Below, one piece after another: positions 34,739 to 41,916 of a DNA stretch of 64,000 bases. Each line of letters begins with the position of its first letter. Position 1 is the stretch's first letter. Source of the DNA: a virus (taxonomy: Duplodnaviria; Caudoviricetes); the IMG/VR virus record IMGVR_UViG_3300021963_000022; one strand, 5' to 3'. Under the pieces are notes generated by a model, which did not search any database, was not told where the DNA came from, and worked only from the letters and a program-made list of their open reading frames with translations. The translations under genes and the position numbers were made by a program.

Positions 34739-35356
34739 TTGATGATAAATATTCTTATGGAACAACCTACCTTATATGATGAACTAAAATTACCCAAAAA
34801 TTGTACGTCTGAAGAAATCAAACAAAAATACAAAATTTTAGCACAATTACATCATCCTGATAAAGGAGGAGATGTGGAAAAGTTCAAACAAATTAAATTC
34901 GCATATGAAGTGTTGAGTGATCCAATTAAACGTAAACACTATGATTCAACCGGCGATCATTACAATAATATTAACATCGACAGTGAAGTTATGGGCAGAT
35001 TATCTGTTATGGTTTCACATTTTATTCAACATATTAATCCAGAGTTTGATGATTTAATATTAAAAATGAAAATTGAGATCCGTGCATTACATCAACTGAC
35101 AACAGATGCTATTGTAGAATGTAATGAATTAATCGCCAAATATAATATTATTTCTAACAAGATTAGATTAAAAAAAGAAGGCGAGAACTTACTAAAGTTG
35201 GTTGTTGATAAACAAGTATTAGGACTTCATAATGAAGTAATTAACCACAAAAGAGGTTTAATAGTTTTTTCTAGAATGTTAGAAGTATTAGACGATTACC
35301 ACTACAGTAGTGATGAATGGCGATTACTACTAGAAAATGTTGATGGTCCGGCGTAG
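34739..35356 (+). CDS. DnaJ-domain protein
   Basis: J-domain with HPD (LHHPDKGGD..FKQIKFAYEVLSDP); antisense to the tRNA array; ATAAATA upstream. Confidence 0.88.
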   Translation: MMINILMEQPTLYDELKLPKNCTSEEIKQKYKILAQLHHPDKGGDVEKFKQIKFAYEVLSDPIKRKHYDSTGDHYNNINIDSEVMGRLSVMVSHFIQHINPEFDDLILKMKIEIRALHQLTTDAIVECNELIAKYNIISNKIRLKKEGENLLKLVVDKQVLGLHNEVINHKRGLIVFSRMLEVLDDYHYSSDEWRLLLENVDGPA

Positions 35357-35418
35357 AGGAATCGAACCTCTATTGATAGCTTAGAAGGCTACTGTATGAT
35401 CCATTATACTAACGCCAG
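35344..35418 (-). tRNA. tRNA-Arg(TCT)
   Basis: Loop CT-TCT-AA, CCA; 3' end overlaps the DnaJ stop on the opposite strand. Confidence 0.92.
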
Positions 35419-35428
35419 AGTATTTGAT

Positions 35429-35504
35429 TGGCTCCCCTACGTGGGCTCGAACCACGGACATTTTGATTAACAGTCAAACGCTCTACCGACTGAGCTATAG
35501 GAGA
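35429..35504 (-). tRNA. tRNA-Asn(GTT)
   Basis: Loop CT-GTT-AA, G73, CCA. Confidence 0.95.
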
Positions 35505-35511
35505 ATAATTT

Positions 35512-35586
35512 TGGTGCCGACTATCGGATTCGAACTGATGACCTATCGCTTACAAGGCGATTGCACTACCACTGTGCTAAGTCGGC
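35512..35586 (-). tRNA. tRNA-Thr(TGT)
   Basis: Loop CT-TGT-AA, CCA. Confidence 0.95.
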
Positions 35587-35633
35587 ATATTTTATTTAAG
35601 CGTATTGTATCATAGGAAAACTTTTATGTCAAC

Positions 35634-36221
35634 CTAATTCTGCCAAATCCTAGAATGTTTGGGTACTCCTGCTAACAAATATTCCATTTGGTCAGCAAGT
35701 ATTGTTCTATGTTGTAATATCATATTTTCATAATGTGAAGGTACGTACGGAGAATAAAGCAATTCCATACGTACTTCTTTTAAACTTTTATGACCTTTTT
35801 TGCTGTTACAATCTTTACAAGCAGTAACAACATTCATCCAAGTGTTTTCACCACCTTTGCTTTTTGGAACAATATGGTCTCTACTTAACATATGATAGTT
35901 AGGAAAGTGTTCACCGCAGTATGCACATACATGACGGTCACGACCGAACAATGTTTTATTGCTTAATGCTACACATGCATGTTTGTATGGATTAAATCCG
36001 TGACCTTTGATAGCGATGATACTAGATGCTTCTAAGTAGCTTAATGTACCGTCGTTTTGTATACCACCGCGATATTTAGCCACAATATTACCCATTGACC
36101 ATGCTATGGCATCTTTTGCTTTATAGGTAATTGCGTCATCATTTGATATCCATTGCCGGGGAACTCCCGAGATATCTAGTGCTAGAACAGCCATGTAGTA
36201 CTCCTTTTCTGTTATTATCAC
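35634..36221 (-). CDS. HNH endonuclease
   Basis: RDRHVCAYCG, DHIVPKSKGG, NVVTACKDCNSKK; true start probably 36194 (MAVLALD). Confidence 0.9.
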   Translation of the reverse strand: MIITEKEYYMAVLALDISGVPRQWISNDDAITYKAKDAIAWSMGNIVAKYRGGIQNDGTLSYLEASSIIAIKGHGFNPYKHACVALSNKTLFGRDRHVCAYCGEHFPNYHMLSRDHIVPKSKGGENTWMNVVTACKDCNSKKGHKSLKEVRMELLYSPYVPSHYENMILQHRTILADQMEYLLAGVPKHSRIWQN

Positions 36222-36241
36222 TAATTGTATTTAATGCCATA

Positions 36242-36316
36242 TGGCGGGTCCTGCAGGAATTGAACCTACATCCCGAAGTTCGAAGCATCGTATTCTATCC
36301 ATTGAACTAAGGACCC
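36242..36316 (-). tRNA. tRNA-Arg(TCG)
   Basis: Loop CT-TCG-AA, one mismatch in anticodon stem, CCA. Confidence 0.88.
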
Positions 36317-36321
36317 TATAA

Positions 36322-36473
36322 AGGTGGGAGCCTAACTATCTTATTGTTAATAAGCCTCGTTAGATTGTCTCGTATAGGCAAGTTTACACACCCGTCAATC
36401 ATACTATAGTGTCATCACAGTTAACCCCACTGTGACTAGATTGACAGGGACTCAAACCTATCGTCTATCCCAT
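36322..36473 (-). ncRNA. candidate multibranch RNA between tRNA-Gln and tRNA-Arg(TCG)
   Basis: Closing TGGGA/TCCCA; 10-bp helix with a U-G wobble that pairs only on the minus strand; further hairpins. Confidence 0.6.
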
Positions 36474-36476
36474 AAC

Positions 36477-36550
36477 TGGCAGAGGGTACAAGAATCGAAC
36501 TTGTGATCTCGGAATCAAAATCCGATGTTATGCCATTTAACTAACCCCCA
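36477..36550 (-). tRNA. tRNA-Gln(TTG)
   Basis: Loop TT-TTG-AT, G73, CCA. Confidence 0.93.
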
Positions 36551-36557
36551 ATAAATC

Positions 36558-36634
36558 TGGTAGCCTCACTGTGACTCGAACACAGGACCCCCGCCTTATC
36601 AAGACGGTGCTCTAACCAACTGAGCTATGAGGCT
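36558..36634 (-). tRNA. tRNA-Ile(GAT)
   Basis: Loop TT-GAT-AA, CCA. Confidence 0.95.
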
Positions 36635-36638
36635 ATAA

Positions 36639-36713
36639 TGGTGGATGTAAGTAGATTTGAACTACTGACCTATTCCGTATGAAGGAATTGCACTACCGCT
36701 GTGCTATACATCC
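36639..36713 (-). tRNA. tRNA with CAT anticodon (probable elongator Met)
   Basis: Loop TT-CAT-AC, fully paired cloverleaf, CCA. Confidence 0.85.
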
Positions 36714-36792
36714 TGGTACCCCTGATCGGGTTTGAACCGACAACTGGCGCTCTCTCTTGAAGAACCGACTTTTCCTATTTGTCTACAGGGGC
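36714..36792 (-). tRNA. atypical tRNA, Leu-like D-arm, ambiguous anticodon (CAA or AAG register)
   Basis: Acceptor GCCCCTG/CAGGGGT, T arm and CCA intact; anticodon arm GGTTCTTCAAGAGAGAGC is non-canonical. Confidence 0.6.
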
Positions 36793-36798
36793 ATTACT

Positions 36799-36875
36799 TG
36801 GGGTGCTTGATGGGATTCGAACCCACGTATATCGGAATCACAATCCGAGGTCTTAACCGCTTGACGACAAGCACC
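36799..36875 (-). tRNA. tRNA-His(GTG)
   Basis: G-1:C73, loop TT-GTG-AT, CCA. Confidence 0.95.
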
Positions 36876-36876
36876 A

Positions 36877-36888
36877 TGGTGGAAACGG
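36877..36888 (-). pseudogene. orphan tRNA 3' end (CCGTTTCCACCA)
   Basis: Acceptor strand CGTTTCC is exactly complementary to GGAAACG at 37497-37503. Confidence 0.7.
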
Positions 36889-36978
36889 TGGAGGAAGATA
36901 ACAGAATCGAACTGTCACCTATTCATCATAAGTGGGACGGTTTTCAAGACCGTGTCCGCGCCATGCAGCCTATCTTCC
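36889..36978 (-). tRNA. tRNA-Ser(TGA)
   Basis: Loop CT-TGA-AA, long variable arm, atypical D-arm, CCA; 5' end overlaps the HNH stop. Confidence 0.88.
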
Positions 36979-37422
36979 ATTGTTTCTATTTTTAGACTTA
37001 TATGTAGGGAGTTGCGAATCGCAATTACTACACACAAATCTTAAATTTTCTAAACGATTGTCATTATTAATCCCGTTAATATGGTCAAGTATTAACGGCA
37101 TTGGTTTATCTTGCCATTCAGGTCCTATATTACAGCAAGCACATTTGTACTCTATTAAGTTTTTTGATTTTATTCTTGCTTTAATACTATGCCGTGCATA
37201 TGTAGAATTTTCACAAAACACCTCTGCATCGGGATATAATATATCCCATTTAGCATGACGCCCTAATTTTTTACCTGTATTCCAAGCAATATGTCCTTTT
37301 TGTGCTCCTGCTTTAGCTGAATGCTTGTGTTTAATTTTATTTGGATTACTATGACATGACATTTCATGTGCTTTTAGCGATCCTTTGTTATTTATTTCTC
37401 TGTTACAATGTGGGCAGTTCAT
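36970..37422 (-). mobile_element. free-standing HNH homing endonuclease
   Basis: CPHC zinc knuckle; LILDHINGINNDNRLENLRFVCSNCDSQ HNH motif; ATAAATA and AGGA upstream. Confidence 0.9.
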
Positions 37423-37473
37423 AATAGTTTCCTTACTCTTATTTATGCTTTATAGCAATAATTTGACATTTTG

Positions 37474-37503
37474 ATGCTATAAACCTGACTCTGCCACGTT
37501 TCC
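37474..37503 (-). pseudogene. 5' fragment of a tRNA-Ser-like gene
   Basis: GGAAACGTGGCAGAGTCAGGTTTATAGCA: acceptor strand plus Ser-type D-arm, then sequence breaks off. Confidence 0.7.
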
Positions 37504-37509
37504 ATAATA

Positions 37510-37586
37510 TGGTAGAAGCAGTGGGATTCGAACCCACGACTCTCGGATTAAAAGTCCGATACTCTAGCCAACTGAGTTATGCTTCC
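37510..37586 (-). tRNA. tRNA-Lys(TTT)
   Basis: Loop CT-TTT-AA, CCA. Confidence 0.95.
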
Positions 37587-37592
37587 ATATAT

Positions 37593-37669
37593 TGGTGCGA
37601 CCGGAAGGACTTGAACCTCCGACTCCCTGTTTCGTAGACAGGTACTCTAATCCACTGAGTTACGGTCGC
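37593..37669 (-). tRNA. tRNA-Arg(ACG)
   Basis: Loop CT-ACG-AA, CCA. Confidence 0.95.
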
Positions 37670-37734
37670 ATTCTAAAACATACTTTGGGGATTTCACTTA
37701 ACGCCTCCCTAACTCAAAGTATGTTTTAGAATGC
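37668..37734. repeat. perfect 20-bp inverted repeat abutting the first tRNA of the array
   Basis: GCATTCTAAAACATACTTTG (37668-37687) / CAAAGTATGTTTTAGAATGC (37715-37734). Confidence 0.9.
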
Positions 37735-38088
37735 CGTGTATCTCTACACGACACGATAGGGTTATACCCTACCCAGTAGTCTTACTCTTTGTGTTATCGC
37801 CACAAATTTCATATATACTGTCCGCCCATTCTATACATTTTGCGCTGTATCACGGCTCTCGTTGCCTGTTCACGCTGTCTATCAAGTGATACCAGTCTGC
37901 TCGTTAGCTTTCTTAGTAGCCATATGATAGATCCTAGCACGGTCGATTTTATTCTGTATCAACTGTGCTAAATCTTCCTTTGTCAAAACATGATTGCTAA
38001 ACCAATCTCGTTTGTCTTCAGAAGTTTTGTATTGTATCTCTTTGTCCATTTATTGTCAAATTTCCTTTTGTTGTATTTTTACAACGCT

Positions 38089-38124
38089 AACAAAAAACCC
38101 TGAGAGTCTTTCGATTCCCAGGGT
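38089..38124 (-). terminator. intrinsic terminator upstream of the tRNA array (attenuator terminator)
   Basis: ACCCUGGGAAUC-GAAA-GACUCUCAGGGU followed by UUUUUGUU. Confidence 0.85.
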
Positions 38125-38153
38125 CTTGATAATGTCGTTATGATGTTAACTTG

Positions 38154-38288
38154 TTACCTAGGCCCCGGGCTATACTCTAGTGTATCATTGCCGCGAATAC
38201 TTGTTGGATATACTGGTGCAAAGGATACTGTGGCGATTGACTGCCATTGTCCCATATGCTTCAGCGATTTACAAGTTTTATTCATCAT
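38154..38288 (-). CDS. candidate leader peptide (44 aa) containing all 20 amino acids
   Basis: MMNKTCKSLKHMGQWQSIATVSFAPVYPTSIRGNDTLEYSPGPR; stop codon lies inside a predicted antiterminator arm. Confidence 0.6.
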   Translation of the reverse strand: MMNKTCKSLKHMGQWQSIATVSFAPVYPTSIRGNDTLEYSPGPR

Positions 38289-38343
38289 AGTCTTTTATTT
38301 AGTCCTGGTTGTAAATTAGTGCTAAATTGCACTTTTTCAATTC

Positions 38344-39984
38344 ATGCTGAAGTATAACAGACTATTGATTAAACGTCAACCTTTAGTTTACCCAAATAGT
38401 TATACAGCTACAACAACAGTCACTAAATATTTCATGCTATTCATACCTACTAACTACGAAACCGTCTTCCTTAGCTATGACGAACCAAATTGCGAAAGTA
38501 ATTACAAACGTCTATTAGAACTATGTCCAACTGCTAAAAGAGTACACGGAGTCAAGGGATCTGATACTGCACACAAAAAAGTAGCTGAACTATGTACAGG
38601 TGATCGTGTTAACATCATCGACGGTGATAACTATGTGCGGTCTGACTTCTTTACAAACGAGTATAACATAGATGACTTTAATTGTAAAGTTGTTAGCTTT
38701 AGTACTAGAAATCATATCAACGGACTACAATATGGAAACGGTAGTATCAAATCATGGCCCGTTACTCTACTAAAAGAAATGCGTACCCATGAAAATACAA
38801 ATAGTAATACTACATTAGTAGACTTTGACTTTGGTAACTATCTGCAGGTTAACACTCTAGGTAGCTGTGTTATTAACAACGGTAGCCCATTACAAGCGTG
38901 GCGTGCTGGATTCCGTGAAGGTGTTAAACTATGTATGAGGAATGGATTAGTTGTATCTAGTCTAGAGGAAATCGACTGGCGTAACTTTGATAGACTATGG
39001 AACTGGATGCACATAGGCAGTGATGTAGTCAACGGACTATGGGCTATACACGGGGCACGTTTTGGATGCTGGCAAGCATTACTTAACTTCGACTTGAAAA
39101 ATCTACATGACTTTAACTATATAGATAATATGTTCTATGACCTTACGTTTAGCGATTCAAAATTTAGAGATAGATTAGAAACAGAATGTAACAGAATTGG
39201 TCAACTAATTCGTGTAAAAACAAACGACCGTAGAATAAAAAACGTATACAGCAATGGAGATAGCAAACTGTACAAGGAACAAGTAAAACCTATATTACGC
39301 TGTCCTGACAACAAACCATATGACATTGTATTCATTAGCTATAATGAACTCAATTGTGACAAAAACTACAAACTTTTGTTAACAAGATTCCCTAGAGCTA
39401 AACGCATACATGGAGTCAAGGGAATACACAATGCACACATAGAAGCGGCAAAACTGTGTGATACTGATTACTTTTGGGTAGTTGATGGTGATGCTGAAAT
39501 TGTAGATGACTTTAAGTTTGACTATGTTGTACCTTTCTATGATAACTTATGTACACGTGTTTGGAGAGCAAAGAATCCAGTCAATGACTTGGTATATGGA
39601 TATGGTGGAGTAAAACTATTACCCAGAACAGCAACGGTACGAATGAATACAGACAGACCTGATATGACTACAAGCATATGTAAGAACTATGAACCCATAA
39701 TGGTTGTTAGTAACATAGCACAATTTAATACTGACCCATTCAATACATGGAGATCGGCATTCAGAGAATGTACTAAACTAAGTAGTCAGGTCATACCCGG
39801 ACAAATTGATGACGAAACAAAGAAACGATTAGACATATGGTGTACAACGGGTACTGACAGTTATGCAATCGATGGTGCTATCAAAGGACGTGAGTACGGT
39901 GAACAGCATAGACATAATATGAATATGCTACAAAAGATAAATGACTTTGTGTGGATGAAGGAACAGTATGACAGATTTCACTGA
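38344..39984 (+). CDS. tandem two-domain glycosyltransferase-like protein
   Basis: Two internally homologous halves (VFxSYxExN..NYKxLL..PxAKRxHGVKG, DGD, AWRxxFRE); true start probably 38434. Confidence 0.65.
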   Translation: MLKYNRLLIKRQPLVYPNSYTATTTVTKYFMLFIPTNYETVFLSYDEPNCESNYKRLLELCPTAKRVHGVKGSDTAHKKVAELCTGDRVNIIDGDNYVRSDFFTNEYNIDDFNCKVVSFSTRNHINGLQYGNGSIKSWPVTLLKEMRTHENTNSNTTLVDFDFGNYLQVNTLGSCVINNGSPLQAWRAGFREGVKLCMRNGLVVSSLEEIDWRNFDRLWNWMHIGSDVVNGLWAIHGARFGCWQALLNFDLKNLHDFNYIDNMFYDLTFSDSKFRDRLETECNRIGQLIRVKTNDRRIKNVYSNGDSKLYKEQVKPILRCPDNKPYDIVFISYNELNCDKNYKLLLTRFPRAKRIHGVKGIHNAHIEAAKLCDTDYFWVVDGDAEIVDDFKFDYVVPFYDNLCTRVWRAKNPVNDLVYGYGGVKLLPRTATVRMNTDRPDMTTSICKNYEPIMVVSNIAQFNTDPFNTWRSAFRECTKLSSQVIPGQIDDETKKRLDIWCTTGTDSYAIDGAIKGREYGEQHRHNMNMLQKINDFVWMKEQYDRFH

Positions 39985-40945
39985 TATACCATTTGAACGA
40001 ATAGTTAAGTTTGGTCAGGCTACAATGCTTGATTCTAACCTATTCAGTATCAGTTGGATATTAGGTAGATTCTGTAACTATAGTTGTAGCTATTGCTGGC
40101 CCTATGCTAACAGTCAAACACCAGACTATAAAGAGTTTGAAGTCTATACTAGAGCTATTGATAGTATCAAAAAACAAGCAAGACATAACGGATTCACTAA
40201 GTTTCATTGGAGCTTAAGTGGCGGTGAACCTACCGCTTATAAGCAATTGAATGAACTTGTAGCACACTTGGGCGTTGAAGATTATCAAAGTATTCACATG
40301 ACTACTAACTTAAGTCCCGGTATCAAATGGTGGGAACGATGGTTAGAGAATACAAAATACATGCAACGCCGTAGTATTACTGCTAGCTTTCACCATGAGT
40401 TTGCAGATGAAGTAGAGTTTGGTGATAAGATATTATTCTTAATGAATAACCAGGTGTTCGTAACAATTAATCAAGTTATGGTTCCTGAACAGTTTGAACA
40501 ACTATATGATAGATGCAAACGATTTAATGATAGGGGTATCAACGTTACACTAAAGCCTCAAAGTGACCCTACAGCTAGCAGAGTAGTTGATGGATATACT
40601 GATGACATGCTATATCGTATGCGTACAGGGTTCCCACAACAACTAAATCAACAAGACCTATATCAAGTTAAGTTAATAGATGATACTAACAAAGTATGGT
40701 ATCTGGATCAAGCTGAACGCTTTAATAGTTTTGGATTCAACAACTTTAAAGGATGGATGTGCAATAGTGGTTATCAGGGTATAGTAATTAGAGAGAATGA
40801 AGTTAAACGTAGCTATAGTTGTATGGATCAACCAATTGGTACACTAGATAACTTTACAATATTCACTGAACCAAAAGTCTGTATATCAACCGCATGTGTC
40901 AGTTCAGCCGATAGTAAATTACCAAAAGTAAAATGTATAAACTAA
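39968..40945 (+). CDS. radical SAM protein with SPASM/twitch-like tail
   Basis: CNYSCSYC, SGGEPT, C-terminal Cys cluster. Confidence 0.92.
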   Translation: MTDFTDIPFERIVKFGQATMLDSNLFSISWILGRFCNYSCSYCWPYANSQTPDYKEFEVYTRAIDSIKKQARHNGFTKFHWSLSGGEPTAYKQLNELVAHLGVEDYQSIHMTTNLSPGIKWWERWLENTKYMQRRSITASFHHEFADEVEFGDKILFLMNNQVFVTINQVMVPEQFEQLYDRCKRFNDRGINVTLKPQSDPTASRVVDGYTDDMLYRMRTGFPQQLNQQDLYQVKLIDDTNKVWYLDQAERFNSFGFNNFKGWMCNSGYQGIVIRENEVKRSYSCMDQPIGTLDNFTIFTEPKVCISTACVSSADSKLPKVKCIN

Positions 40946-41916
40946 ACAATATCAAAGAGATTCATTTAGAAATAACAAGCAAATGTCAAGCACGTTGCCC
41001 AATGTGCCCTAGACGACCTCATGGTGGACCACTCAACCCATATATTGAACTCAATGAAATTACATTAGAAACATTTAAAGAATGGTTCAATGTTGACTTT
41101 GTGAAACAACTATCACGGTTGTTTATGTGTGGTAACTTAGGCGACCCTATTGTTGCTAAAGATACACTAGAAATCTATCAATACCTACGTGAATCCAATC
41201 CCAATATTACGCTATCAATGAACACAAACGGTAGTGCTAAAGATACAGAATGGTGGAAGAAACTAGCTAAACTAAATGTCAGAGTTATATTTGGAATCGA
41301 CGGACTAGCTGACACTCATCAATTATATCGTGTATCTACTGATTACCATAAGATTATAGATAATGCAAAAGCTTTTATTAGTGCGGGTGGCAGTGCTGAG
41401 TGGCATATGCTAGCATTTAAACATAATGAACATCAAATAGAAAGTTGTGAACAACTTAGTAAAACACTAGGCTTTAACAAGTTTGAAGTTAAACACACTT
41501 CACGCTTTCAAAAAGATAATCTACCAGTAATAGATAATGACGGTAAGACTGTTCATATCATTGAACCCACACAACGTAGTAAAGAACTACGTGACAGTGT
41601 ATTGTCAGCTATCACAATAGACAGACCACAAATACTATGCAAAGCACAGAAGTATAGTCAGTTGTATATAGGTAGTGACGGAACTGTTAGCCCATGCTGT
41701 TGGTTAGATGTTAACTGGTTCGCACCCATGAACGAATCACGAATAGATTACATGGATCAGATCGGTGAGTTCCCTAATCTAAACAACAATACCCTAGAAG
41801 AAATCTTTGAATCACAATATTTCAATAAGATAGAAAACACATGGAATAACAATTCATTAAAAGAATGTAGCAAACAATGCGGTGTGTTTGATAAGTTTGG
41901 AGAACAGTTTAAATGA
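40933..41916 (+). CDS. radical SAM protein with twitch domain
   Basis: CQARCPMC, CGNLGDP, DGTVSPCC, C..CG. Confidence 0.92.
   Translation: MYKLNNIKEIHLEITSKCQARCPMCPRRPHGGPLNPYIELNEITLETFKEWFNVDFVKQLSRLFMCGNLGDPIVAKDTLEIYQYLRESNPNITLSMNTNGSAKDTEWWKKLAKLNVRVIFGIDGLADTHQLYRVSTDYHKIIDNAKAFISAGGSAEWHMLAFKHNEHQIESCEQLSKTLGFNKFEVKHTSRFQKDNLPVIDNDGKTVHIIEPTQRSKELRDSVLSAITIDRPQILCKAQKYSQLYIGSDGTVSPCCWLDVNWFAPMNESRIDYMDQIGEFPNLNNNTLEEIFESQYFNKIENTWNNNSLKECSKQCGVFDKFGEQFK

Larger units (their letters stand above)
16258..38059 (-). promoter_or_regulatory. family of 16 minus-strand sigma70-type early promoters (span of the family, not one element)
   Basis: TTGACA-17 nt-TA(T/C)(A/C)(A/C)T checked by hand, with -35 boxes at 16281, 16926, 17121, 17751, 18056, 18453, 20706, 21775, 23526, 26842, 31197, 32234, 34615, 34697, 35627 and 38054. 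Confidence 0.88.

Noticed and set aside
35634-36221. Third nuclease/tRNA replacement cassette
   Set aside because: No flanking tRNA fragments and no overlap with a downstream tRNA; it appears to be an ordinary HNH gene.
36714-36792. Opal suppressor or selenocysteine tRNA (UCA anticodon)
   Set aside because: Centring UCA in a 7-nt loop leaves almost no anticodon stem, and there is no long variable arm or extended acceptor stem as in tRNA-Sec.
29278-37971. Track ORFs overlapping tRNAs (29278, 30893 N-terminus, 31041, 33147, 33352, 35424, 36732, 36932)
   Set aside because: Their sequence is explained by tRNA genes or structured RNA on the same or opposite strand.
37740-38030. Small ORFs in the leader between the promoter at 38054 and the first tRNA
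   Set aside because: The longest ATG frame starts inside the promoter spacer, and the alternative GTG frame lacks an RBS; I cannot support either.
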